From contig CM059430.1 in the NCBI GenBank assembly GCA_030390025.1, forward strand, positions 62,248,001-62,312,000: a stretch of 64,000 nt of DNA. Direction: 5' to 3'. This document shows positions 1 to 11,789 of this stretch, piece by piece. The position numbers and the translations under genes were made by a program. How positions within the stretch are numbered: the first letter of the stretch is position 1; each line of letters starts with the position of its first letter. The notes beneath the pieces were generated by a model, which ran no database searches, was not told the DNA's origin, and was given only the letters and a program-made list of their open reading frames with translations. Origin of the DNA: Squalus acanthias. Its lineage: Eukaryota.

Positions 1-3000
1 CGAGCCACGTGCAAATTGGCATAGAAGCAGTCAGATTAGAGCAGTCAGATCAGATTAGTGGCTAAAGGGATGGTGTGGGAAAGAGGGTTCCTTTTCATGG
101 GACACTGGCACCAGTACTGGGACAGGAAGTAGCTGTACCAATGGGATGGGCGCCACCTGAACCGGGATGGGACCCGTGTCCTAGCAGAAAGGGTGCATAG
201 GGACGTGGCAAAGGCTTTAAATTAGTAAGATGGGGGGAGGGATACACAAGAAATGAAACCAGCTTAAATATAAACAAAACAGGAAATGAGAGCTTAGGAA
301 AGAATAAAGTAAGGGAGTACATTGATAGCCAGGGAATAAATAGAGTTATAGAACAGGTGTGTGAAAAGATGGTTAAAAATGAAGTGAAAGTAAATGCTAT
401 TAAAAATGTCTGGACAGCACACAGTGACCGTAATAAAACAGGGGAGCTGGAGGCAATCATGCATTGTGTGGAGCCAGACATAGTTGGGATTACTGAGACA
501 TGGTTACAGAAAAATCAGGGCTGGGAATTAAAGATTGCAGGGCAGAACATATTTAGAAAAGATAGAGAGGGGAAAAGGGGAGGTGGAGTATCTGTACTTA
601 TTAGGGATATCATAATAGCAGTAGAAAAAATTGACGCAGCTATAAGCATGACAGAAATAGAATGCATGTGGATAGAGATAAAAGATGATGAAGGGTAAAT
701 CGCACTAATCGGGGTAGTCAACAGGCCACCTAATAGTGGAAGGGATGTGGAGGATGAAATATGCAAACAAATTAGGAAAATTATTAAAAAACTTAGAATA
801 ATAATCATGGGGGATTTCAACTATCCAGATATTAATTGGACAGAAGAGGTCGGTAAAGGGGATAAGGGAATGGAGTTCCTACAATGTGTACAGGACTCCT
901 TTCTAACCCAATATTTAAAAAGCCCAAGAAGGGAGGATTCGCTATTGGATCTAGTAATGGGGAATGAACCAGAGCAGATAAGAGAAGTAAAAGTAGGGGA
1001 ACATCTAGGCAATATTGACCATGATATAATACTCTTTAAAATAATAATTGAGAAGGACATAAGTATAACAAAGTCCATGGTAATATGGTAGAGAAAAGCT
1101 GAGGTTGAGGGGCTGAGAATAGAAATTGGGAAAATAAAATGGTCAAAGATATTGGCAAACAATGACATAAAACAACAATGGGAATCATTTAAAACTGTGT
1201 TCAACAGAGTCCAGGAAAAATATATTCTGCTAAAAAAACAAGAACAAGCTAAACACTACTGAGACACCATGGATGAATAAAGATATAATGGAAAATTGAG
1301 CGTAAGGAAAGAGGCATACATTAAGTACATGGACAGCAGAAGAGAGCATGATAAGGGAACATACGAGGAGATTAGGAGAGAAGTCAAAAAAAGGAAAAGC
1401 AAACAGGAACTATGAAATTAAATTTTCAAGGAACATAAAACAAAATAATAAAATATTTTACAGGCACATCAATAAAAAGGAAGGTCGAGTTGGGAATAGA
1501 GCCACTAAGGGATGGAAAGGGAAATACCACAGGCAGTGATAGAGAGATGGCAGAAATATTAAATAATTACTTTGCCTCTATATTTTCCAGGGAGATAGAA
1601 CAGGTGGATATAAGAACATCAGAACATAAGAAATAGGAGCAGGAGTAGGCCATTCGGCCCTTCGAGCCTGCACCGCCATTTAATGAGATCATGGCTGATC
1701 TTCTGCCTCAACTCCATTCACCGGCCCTATCGCCATATCCCTTGATGCCCTTACTAGTCAGAAATCTATCGACTTCTGTTTCGAATATACACAATGACTG
1801 AGCCTCCACAGCCCTCTGGGGTAGTGAATTCCAAAGATTCACCACCATCTGTTGGAAGACATTTCTTCTCATCTCAGTCCTGAATGGCCTACACTTTATC
1901 TTGAGGCTGTGGCCCCTGGTTCTAGACTCCCCAGCCAAGGGAAACATTCTCCCAGCACCATGACATTGGATCATGAGATTAGTAATTAAGTAGCTGCATT
2001 TAAAATAACAGGAGTAGATATATTAAATAAACTGATGAATCTCAAAGAGGAAAATAACCCTGGTCCAGATGGATTACATCCGTGCATTTTAAAAGAATCC
2101 AGGGAAGAGATAGCAGAGGCATTACTACACATATTTAATAATGCATAAAAAAAGGTGTAGTGCCAGAGGACTGGCAGATAGCCAACATGATACCTGTATT
2201 TATGAAGGTAGATAGAACATGTCCAGGAAACTATAGATCAGTCAGCTTAACATCGATGGTAGGAAAAATAATGGAATCGCTACTAAAGGTGAAAATAGAG
2301 GAACATCTAGAAGCCAAAAATATAATAATGAATAGTCAGCATGGATTTCAAAAGGGAAAGTCTTGTTTGAAGAAATTCGTTGAATTTTTTGAATAGTTAA
2401 TAGAGAGAATAGACAAGGGTAATACAATAGAATTAATTTATCTAGATTTTCAAAAGACCTTCTATAAAATACCACATAATAGACTAATGAATAAGGTCAG
2501 AGAATGCGGAGTCATGTGACAAGTAGCAGATTGGACAGCGAACTGGCTTCAATACAGAAAGCAGAGTGTAGGGGTAAAGGGTAGCTATTCGCAGTGGCAG
2601 AAGGTTGGTAGTGGTGTTCCACAAGGATCAGTTTTGGGACCACTGTTGTTCACAATTTATATTAACGATTTAGACTTTGGAATCAAAAACACAATTTCTA
2701 AATTTACGGATGACACCAAATTGGGTTGATAGTTAATACTTAGGAGGACTGCAACAAATTAGAGGAAGACCCCAATAATCTTGCAGAAGGGACATATAAT
2801 TGGCAAATTAAATTCAGCAGAGAGAAATGTGAGGTATTACATTTTGGTAGGAAGAATAGGTAGGTCACTTATTACTTAGAGCGTGCGAGTCTGGGTGGGG
2901 TAGAGGAACAAAGGGATCTCGGAGTACAAATACACAAATCACTTAAAGTAGCGACACAGGTTAACACGAACATAACAAATAAAGCAGGCACTAGGGTTTA

Positions 3001-3541
3001 TTTCTAGACGTATAGAATTGAAAAGTAGGGAAGTTATGCTAAACCTGTATCGAACCTTGGTTAGACCACACTTGGAGTACTGCGTACAATTCTGGTCACC
3101 ATATTATAAAAAGGATATAGAGACACTGGAGAGGGAGCAGAGAAGATTTACAAGGATGATACCAGAAATGCGAGGGTATGCCTATCAGGAAAGGATGAAC
3201 CGGCTGGGTCTCTTTTCATCTGAAAATAGTAGGCTGAGGGGTGAACTAATTGAGGTCTTTAAAATTATGAAAGGTTTTGATAGAGTAGATACAGAGAGAA
3301 TGTTTCCTTGTGGTGAGAACGTGGAATTCGCTACCACAGGGAGTAGTTAAGGCAAATAGTATAGATGCATTTAATTGGAGGCTAGATACACATATGAGGG
3401 AGTAGGGAATAGAGGGTTATGCTGACAGTGTTAGTTGAGGAAAGACGGGAGGAGGCTCGAGTGGAACATAAACGCCGGCATGGACTGTTTGGGCCGAATG
3501 GCCTGTTTCTGTGCCGTATATCCTATGTAATCCTATGTAAT
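1..3541 (+). mobile_element. Decayed CR1 LINE (end of ORF1 esterase, ORF2 endonuclease + RT, 3' tail); 5' part outside window
   Basis: ORF fragments PDIVGITETW, IIMGDFNYPDINW, NYRSVSLTS, LVRPHLEYCVQFWSP; tail atcctatgtaatcctatgtaat at ~3520-3541; many stops and frameshifts. Confidence 0.92.
1611..1959 (-). mobile_element. CR1 3' fragment inserted antisense in the CR1 above
   Basis: Starts with reverse-complemented tail taagaacatcagaacataag; ORF 1708-1974 has RTRGHSLK...VVNLWNSLP (CR1 ORF2 C-terminus). Confidence 0.88.
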
Positions 3542-3691
3542 GATACATTAAAACATGTATTTAATGCTTTCGTTGATATCTCCCACGGTATTTCTATGGA
3601 CTAACTTCATGATTGTTAGCATGTACAACCTCTACGATATATCTCTTTACGAATTGAATAGAAGCTGTTTTTTGGACTGTAGGCCTCGTAC

Positions 3692-4003
3692 CTTGGTTAG
3701 ATTTAGAAACAACATAGGTGACAGCAGCTGGAGTCTCGAGAGAGACATGAGAAACCAAACAGGTATAATTGGCGTTGCTCGGGACAGGCTGCGTCTCAGT
3801 CAAAGAGCTGCAAACTTCATACAGTCCCTCCGTCTTCTGCACTTTCCTGGTATGTATTCCTGATGCAGTTTCGACACCATTTTTATACCAAGTGAGGGTG
3901 AAATTCTCCGGAAAAAACGCAGCCGTTTCACACACAAGTGTCAGAGACGCAGGTGAATTCCCTTCAGTTGTCCTGGAGACAATCTTCAGTGGGGCTGGGG
4001 CCG
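3692..4003 (-). CDS. IgSF receptor gene 1, C1-set domain exon (312 nt, phase 1/1)
   Basis: tccgcag|CGG...AACCAAG|gtacga; TAPAPLKIV...LTLVCETAAFFPENFTLTWYKNG...YEVCSSL...YTCLVSHVSL: C1-set motifs (C-x4-F-[FY]-P, W, Y-x-C-x-V-x-H); open frame. Confidence 0.9.
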
Positions 4004-4535
4004 CTGCGGAGCAGAGAATAAACAAAGTTGGTTTACTGGGCACCATTGCGAGAAATTAAATATGATTCTGATTTGCCTTCGGTCCATTATATTATCATAC
4101 CACCATTACAAATCACAGCATCTTGTCATGTTAATGTCGATCGACAGTTCCGACGGGCCACAGCGAAAAACCGCATAGACCTCCTGAGAAGACGAACACG
4201 GGACACAACCAACAGAGTACCCTACGTCGTCCAGTACTTCCCCGGAGCGGAAAAACTACGCCATGTTCTTCGCAGCCTTCAACATGTCATCGATGACGAC
4301 GAACACCTTGCTAAGACCATCCCCACGCCTCCACTACTCGCCATCAAGCAGCCGCCTAACCTCAAAAGTACCATCGTTCGCAGCAGATTCCCCATCTTTC
4401 AGGAGAACAGCAACCAAGATACAACACAACCCTGCCACGGCAACCTCTGCAAGACATGCCAAATCATGGACACAGATACCATCATCACACGTGAGGACAC
4501 TACCCATCAGGTACACGGTACATACTCATGTGACT

Positions 4536-4789
4536 CATAGAAACATAGAATCTAGGAGCAGGAGTAGGCCATTCGGCCCGTCGAGCCTGCTCCACCATTC
4601 AATACGATCATGGCTGATCATTCAAATCCAGTACCCTGTCCCTGCTTTAATCCCCACAGTACACATATCCCACCCTAGCCCCGTAACCCCACGTATTTAA
4701 TTCCCCCTAACATATCCCATGCTATCCCCATAACCCCACATATTTAATCCCCCCCCCCTAACACTAAGGGTCAATTTATCATAGCCAAA
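4536..4789 (-). mobile_element. 5'-truncated SINE with CR1-type tail (HE1-like) interrupting the Penelope GIY-YIG frame
   Basis: catagaaacatagaa tail; the host frame tcatgtgactc|ggccaacgtt is split at this point. Confidence 0.7.
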
Positions 4790-5341
4790 TCGGCCAACGT
4801 TGTCTACCTGATACGTTGCAGTAAAGGATGCTCCAGAGCATGGTACATCGGCGAGACCATGCAGACACTGAGACAACGTATGAACGGACACCGCACAACA
4901 ATCGCCAGGCAGGAGGGTTGCCTCCCAGTCGGGGAACACTTCAGCAGCCAGGGGCATTCAGCCTCGGATCTGCGGGTAAGCGTTCTCCAAGGCGGCCTTC
5001 GGGATACACGACAGCGCAAAATCATAGAGCTGAAACTGATAGCCAAGTTCCGCACTCATGAGGATGGCCTCAATCGCGATATCGGGTTCATGTCACGATA
5101 TAGAACGTGACTTGACATCATGGCCGGTCTTCCCAGGTGTTTTTTTTTAAAAAGACTAACACAAGAACCAACACAAATTGACAGGTTATGCAGCCAGCAG
5201 GTGGTTTGACACGTTGGACCCCCTGGGACACATCTCATTGTCTTGGCTGTGCTCTTAGTGTGTCTTTGATGTAGGGAAAGATTTGAATAGATTTTGTCTG
5301 TGTTTAAATTGTGAATTCTGGGAGATTCTCTCACTGCTAAC

Positions 5342-5380
5342 TTACCTGAGGAAGGAGCGAACCGCTCCGAAAGCTTGTAA
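5342..5380 (+). ncRNA. Minimal type I hammerhead ribozyme in Penelope pseudo-LTR
   Basis: TTAC-CTGAGGA-A-GGAGCG AAC CGCTCC-GAAA-GCTT-GTAA: CUGAnGA and GAAA cores, stem I TTAC/GTAA, stem II GGAGCG/CGCTCC, palindromic AAGCTT stem III. Confidence 0.8.
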
Positions 5381-6395
5381 AATTAAATAAATCTGTTGGA
5401 CTATAACCTGGTGTTGTGCGACTTCTCATTTTTGTCTACCCCAGTCCAACGCCGGCATCTCCACATCATGTTAATGCTATGCATGCCATCTACACACACC
5501 CTATCCTTATCTCTCGTAGATTCCGGCATCTGTTCAAATTTACTTGCGCCATCAAGTCCAAGACTTTGAGTTACTCAGCAGTTACTCAGACATCGCAACG
5601 ATTGCTAATCTATGTTTGCGTTTCATAGTCCCAAGTATTAAATAATTAAACCCTGAGGTTAAGTTGGCGCGCCGAGACCCTCCGTGTTTGTCACTCATAG
5701 ATTGACAGTGAGGTATAATCTGCATTTTGTAGATGATAAAACGAGGGCTTGGTAGATATCGGACAGATCTCACAGCCGAAGCATGACATTTTCTGAATGA
5801 AATTATGCTCGGTTGAACCTCAGGAGGTTTCGGTAACACAGTTCTTCTGTATTGTTTTATTTATTGGAGGTTAGTGAGGTGACAAAATTGTGTGTTCCAA
5901 GCTCCAGTTTGATGAGTGAAGCCGTTGATCAACAGTTAGTTTTACGCCGGCTTTCTAATCCCTGACGCTAACATTATGTGAGAATTAATTTCAGGAATGT
6001 TAAACCGCAAAGACAGCGATGGAGGCTGACAGAGCATCAGAAATGGGCCAAGATGTATATGTTGAGTGAGACGCATTAATACAAACGATTTTCAGTCAGT
6101 TATATGCTTGGAATTTGTTCCGAACTTCCGCTATTAGACATCAGGTGGAAAAATTGTTGCGTTATAGTCAAATTTGTTAATATTGATAAATTTTGCAATA
6201 CTCTGCCTGTTACAATGAATATCTAATTAGCAGTTCGCACAGAGCACACGAATATACAACTTTACTTATCGCGAAATGTATCAATAGACATGTTTATACT
6301 GCCAAAAGCGATGCAATAAAGCAATCACAAAGCATCCCGGTTTGTTATGTTCGATATATTTTCGACTGTGCCGCTCTCCTGTGTTTAACACTTAC

Positions 6396-6716
6396 TATGC
6401 ACAATTAGATGTGATCCGCTTCCATTTCCTCGAATTATTCCTTGATGGAGCACTGCGCACTGATAGACTCCAGAGTCTTGGAAAGTCGCGCTCAGCAACT
6501 GAAAGAACCCGCTCCCTTTACTTTTCAGACCAAATCGTTTTCTGTTATCCGCGCCTGTGCGCAGGTATTCATTCTCACCCTGTTTCCACCAATACACTCT
6601 GACCCAGGAATTGTCCTGGGAGATGGGGAATATGCAGTAGAAGGTGATGTTCCCTCCTCTGGATACAGTCGCTTGTTTGGGCGCTTGAGTCACTCTGAAC
6701 GAAATCTGGTCCGCTG
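6396..6716 (-). CDS. IgSF receptor gene 1, V-set exon with germline J-like end (321 nt, phase 1/1)
   Basis: ctgacag|CAG...GTGCATA|gtaagt; AADQISFRVTQAP...ITFYC...VYWWKQ...DSGVYQCAV...GNGSGSHLIVH; open frame. Confidence 0.9.
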
Positions 6717-6885
6717 CTGTCAGAAAATATAGTCAAGTACAGGTTAATTGTATTAGACACGTCATGGAGTTGGAAGAGAGAAAAATAATCTAAATATAGG
6801 GAGCACATTTCACTAAATTAGTGTGAAAACTATCTCGGAATCATTTTATAAATTAAAGTAGCTGCGATAATGAATAAAGAGGTAC

Positions 6886-6940
6886 CTGTGTAAATAATCC
6901 CCCGGAGAGTCAGGCACAGGAAAAGCAAAGTCGCCGACAT
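6886..6940 (-). CDS. IgSF receptor gene 1, leader exon MSATLLFLCLTLRGIIYT
   Basis: ATG at 6940, hydrophobic 18 codons + 1 nt, donor ACAG|gtacc; homologous to the leader exon at 60733-60793. Confidence 0.85.
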
Positions 6941-7209
6941 TCTGAGCAACAGATTCAACTGATGACTCTCTGCAGTAACTGCGAGTTTGCAACTGTTAAG
7001 AATGGTTTGCGGTTAGTTTTCAATGAGATACGTCGCAATGACGTTTAACATCATGTAATAGCGGGTTCAGAATTTCGGCTTCGTTTGTGTAGTAGGATTT
7101 TTTAACTTCTGCACTTAAATCGACTGCTGGAATCATATGTGTGACAGACAGCAAAGAGTAAAGCAATATATTTGATTTTCAAATGCAGAATTTACTAACA
7201 TTCGTGGAG

Positions 7210-8030
7210 TGTTTCCTGACAAGTGACGGCTGTCTAAGCAGGTTGGATACAGAGGAAAAGCGTTGGAGAATGGTGGTTTGGTTGACCACGTCAAAAGAGA
7301 GTTCAAACGAACATAAAATGAGATTACGCACCATGGTCACAGTCACACTTACTGTAATTAATGGCCGTTTTGGTTTTGCGTGAAAGGTAGAAAACTGAGT
7401 GGAGAGGTTAAATCAGGAACTGGTGGGGACCTAGGCACGCATCTGGGAGGTGACAACAGGTTCACTGTTTTAAAGGAAGTTGGAGATTTGGTGGCAGTTT
7501 GCAAGGAGAGAGCTGGCGAGTGTGAGTTTATTGAGAATGGGTGACCATATCTGTGTCCAAACGAAACGGGACAGTCTCTACTTATCATTTATAATTTTAG
7601 CTATCATGGAGGCCAGAAAAGGAAGTTGGGTGGTCAGCGGTTAAATCCGATTGAGGTCTATGAATCAGGAGGTGTTTGATGTGGATTAGATGAGTGCATG
7701 TGGGGAAGAAGGAAGACAAATACACGGAAACAGGGATTCAGAGGTACGGTATGACAGGGAAGCGAGATTTGGCCTGATGTGCAAGGGGAAAGGAGGAAGC
7801 AGTAGATGTAGCTGAGCGGAAGGTCTCTATTTGATGTCAAATAAACTCATGAGGTCTGTGAACTTAGTGGATAAAGTTTCAATATGTGGTTGGTAGAGGG
7901 GGAAAGAAACGGTAGGTTACTATTGATCTCCAGTACAATTGCAGAGCAGTGGGCAGTTGCGGCAGAGAACAGTGAGACTCTGCAAGGCTTCACATGGTCC
8001 AGCCAGATCTGGCCTTGGATGTGTTTTAAG
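7210..8030 (-). mobile_element. Highly decayed LINE fragment (L2-like RT region)
   Basis: Minus-strand remnants such as LSFDVVNQTTILQRFS resembling RT AFDTVDH.ILL.RL, and QIWLDH. Confidence 0.5.
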
Positions 8031-8489
8031 AATCCCTCGTGTCAGCGACGCTCGGCCCTAGTTTACCCTACCAATGATTTTGCTTGGAAATCCTAATTGG
8101 ATGTGACAAGGTTTTATTGTAACACTTTGCAGTATCAATCATACACGCAGTATTAAACAGCTATTACAGATTCAAGGTTGGTATTTCCCAACCTTCTGGT
8201 CAGCAGTGCAGCATGGAAGGTCTTGTTCAAAATCTGCTGTGTTTGTTTCTGTTAGTGCTCTTGCACATATACCCCTTTTCTTCTGCCTCTGTGGTGCATG
8301 GATATTGAGAGTGATTATTTCCTCGGTGTTCTGAGTCCCTCTGTGCTTGCGCCCCCGTTTGGTATAGCGGATGCGCTCTCGATCCGGTCGCACATGCGCA
8401 CCCGACATTGCGGCGGCTGACGGCTCGCGGCCTCAACCAGCAGCTTTCCTCGGCTCCCTGTGGAGAGATTCAGGGGATTGCATGAGGTT

Positions 8490-9345
8490 GGAGAGGAGAG
8501 GGGCTCGAAGCGGGGTGGGTGAGATAGGAGCTCGGAGGCGGGGGAGAGAGAAGCTCGGAGAGGGGGACAGAGAGGAGCTCGGAGAAGGGTGGGAGGAGCG
8601 GGGTGATGGGAGAGAGAAGCTGGGTGAGGTGAAGGAGGAGCACAGAGAGGGGAGAGAGGACCTCGGAGGCGGGGAAAGAAGAGATTGGAGAGGGAAAAAG
8701 GAGAGTGGAACTTGGAGTGGGGAGAGAGGAGCTCGAAGAGTGGAGAGTGGATAGAGTAGCTCGGAGAGAGAGGAGAGGAGCTCTGGAGGGGATAGCGGAG
8801 AGAGGAGCTCGGAGCTCGCAGAGGGAGAGAGAGAGGAACTCGGAGAGGGGAGATGGGATAGAGCAGCTCACGGCGAGGGAGAAGGTCAGGAACTCGGGGG
8901 AGACGGGTGGTGGAGAATATTAGGAATTCGGGGGGGGGAGGTGGAGAAGGTCAGGAATTCGATGGGGTGAAGGTCAGGGGCTCAGGAGGAGGGGAGAAGG
9001 TCAGGAACTCGGCGGGAGAAGGTCAGGAACTAGGGCAGAGATGGTCAGGAGCTTGGGGGAAGGGGAGAAGGTCAGTAACTCGGGGTGGGGTGAAGGGCAG
9101 GAGCTTGGGGCAGGGGAGAAAGTCAGGAATTCAGGGAGAAGGTCGGGAGCACGGGGGAGGAGAGAAGGTCAGAATCTCGGGGTGATGGTCTGGAGCGAAG
9201 GGGAGGGGAGAAGCCAGGAGCTGGGGGGCAGAGGAGAAGGTCAGGACTCTGGGAGTTGAAGGTCAGGAGCTCGGGGGTGGGGCGGGGAGGTGTGGCGGGC
9301 GGAGGTCAGGAGCACGGGCGGGGTGTGGTCAGGAACTCCGAGGGG
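8490..9345 (+). repeat. Purine/G-rich minisatellite in two blocks (GGAGCTCGGAGAG-type 8490-8870; GGGAGAAGGTCAGGAACTC-type 8876-9345)
   Basis: Direct reading of degenerate tandem units with strong G/A strand skew. Confidence 0.85.
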
Positions 9346-9596
9346 GTGGATGCGGTTGCGGCAGTGTTTAGAGCATGGGGAGCACAGTGGGGATAGGGAA
9401 GAATGTGATCCAGGTCTAAAGCGGGGACTTGAGAGCAAAACGATGATCCAGATGGGAAGATGAATCACGTTCTCCCCCTCTGTTAGACGTGGATGAAGTT
9501 CTTCCAAACGGAAGAATTAGTGAATCCCTTCTCAAACACGGAGCATGTGAATGGCCTTTCCCCAGTTTGAACTCACTAGTCTGTCAGAAGTTTGGA

Positions 9597-11760
9597 TGCA
9601 TACGAACATGCGACCAACGGCGGACAGGTAAAGACCATTTTGGCCAACGAGCCTGTCCCACACAATTGCGAAACCTTGTGTATCAGAACATATACACCCC
9701 ACCCCACCTGAAACCATCTGATACCTGGGAGAGACAAAAAAAACAAGAAACCCAGGACAATTTGGGAAAAATATCTGGAAAATTCTTCTCCGACCCATCT
9801 GGATGATCGAAACGAGTCCAGGAGATCACTCTGGCCCTGAATTCCCTGCAGTACCTAGCTTATATAAGAGGTGATCCCCGCCCCAAACAGACACAAATCC
9901 AGCTCTCGCTTGAAGGAATTCAGTGAGTCTGCATTCACCACATGAGACGGCATGAGCACCACCTCCTGACATCTAACCTAGATTTAGCCTTATACAACTT
10001 AGTTTTGTTGACCCCATGTCCTGCCTAACCTATTTAATTGAAATAAACTGTCATCGAGAACACAATCTATTCCCTTCGTTATCTTATAAACCTCAATCAG
10101 ATCCCCTCCCCCCCCCCCCCAAGTCTACGTTTCTCTTAGGTATAGAGTCCCAACTCTTTTATCCTATCGTGATAACTAAGATGATTTAGACTAGGAATTA
10201 GTCTAGTGGCCCTCCTCTGCACCCTTCCATAGCCTCAATATCACCCACCATGTGAGGAGACCAAAACTGGAAACAGTATTCCAAGTGCAGCCTGAATAAG
10301 GTCTTGTACAAGGACAAAACAGTATGCCTCGTCTTGTACTCAATTGTCCTATGGATACACCCCAACAACCTATTTGCTCTAGCTATGGCTATATGGCATT
10401 GCTTCTGTACCTTTAAGGATTTATGCACTAGAATGCCCAAATCTCTTTCTATCTCCACCATCTTTAATGTCTTTATAGAGAAGTCTCTTATGTGGTACCT
10501 TATCAAAAGCTTTTTGGAAATCTGAGTCGACAAAGTCTACTGGAATTCCCTCAACCACCAACTTTGAAACTTCTTCAAAAAATAGAATTAGATTTTTAAG
10601 ACATGACCTCCTTTTTATGAAGCCATGCTGGTTGTTCCTAATATGTGCCTCTCTATCCATGTATTCATATATTGCATCCCTCATGATTTCTTCATGCACC
10701 TTACCTATTACTGACGTTAAACTAATGAGCCTGTACTTACCCGGGTCTATCTTGTCAACTTTTTAAAGATGGGGACTACACCAGCCTCCTTCCAGTCTAT
10801 TGGAACCATTCCAAAGTTCAGTGAACTATTAAATATACAGGCTAGGGGCTCGCACCTATGCCCCATCTTCCTGAGGACACTCAGGTGGATACCGTTCGAA
10901 ACGTTATTAAATTCTAATAGTTGAGCATCAGTTTCAAGGGTGAAAACAAAATACTCATTTAATATTTCCGCCATACCCAGTGAGTTCTTTGTAACCTGTC
11001 TTAGAACACCCTTCAGTGGCCCAATACAGTCTTTGATAGTTCTCTGACTCTTCACATTACTGAAAAAGCTTTTCCCAATACTGCCAATGTTGTCTACGAT
11101 CCTTTTTTTCACTAGCCTTTTTGCTGATCTAATAGTAGCCTTCGTTTTCTTTAGTTGTTCCTTGTAATCAACTCTGTTTAGTTGAGTATTAAGTGTCTTT
11201 AATTTAGAGAAATATTTGTTTACATCTTTTTTGTCTTTGTACATAACCAATCAGCCACCTTGGCTTTTCTTACAACTTTTCCTTCTTTTGATTTTGGGTA
11301 TAGATTTGTTTTCCATCTTTTTTATCTTGTTCTTAAAAACTTTTCATTTATATTCTACATAGGTCTCATGACCACCCAGGAGGCCTAGAAAATTTACCTG
11401 TTCCAAATCTTCTGCCATTTTGGTGAAGTCTGCACTTCTGAAATCTGGTGCGAGTTGAAGGTTCTGAGTACCTTTAGATCTACTCGCCATTTGGAAACGT
11501 TTACTCTTGTGGTCACTGTTGGCCAGATGTTCCCCCACATGCAGGCCCGATCCGAGGTCAGGCTCACTACTAAACACAAGATCCAATCTGTGATTATCCC
11601 TCGTTACTTCATTAAAATGTTCAGTCAGGAAACAGTCTTGTATATTTTCGACAAATCTTTCACCTGCACTTCCCACCACAACAGCAGGTAAACCATCATG
11701 CCAATGAATGCTAGGAAAATTAAAATAATTCATCAGACAAAAGTGCCATTTTATATTAAA
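9597..11760 (-). mobile_element. Decayed CR1 LINE, main part (end of EN, RT, 3' UTR)
   Basis: NQHGFIKRRSC, DFQKAFDKVPH, LHLEYCFQFWSP; tail catacgaacatgcgacc at ~9599. Confidence 0.88.
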
Positions 11761-11789
11761 AGCATTTTCAATCAGTTTCCATAATAACT

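Larger units (their letters stand above)
4135..5468 (+). mobile_element. Penelope-like retroelement 3' part (GIY-YIG endonuclease + pseudo-LTR) in the V-C1 intron
   Basis: PCHGNLCKTCQ...TYSCDS/ANVVYLIRC...WYIGETMQTLRQRMNGHR...PVGEHF; terminal repeat shared with 62790-62885. Confidence 0.9.

Noticed and set aside
6451-6457. Heptamer-like CGCAGTG (minus strand) after the second V cysteine in both V exons; possible RSS
   Set aside because: Lacks the essential CAC, has no nonamer at 12/23 spacing, and simply encodes C-A-V; no evidence of V(D)J rearrangement
8371-9259. Several ORFs of 70-130 aa on both strands
   Set aside because: Products of low-complexity GA-rich repeat
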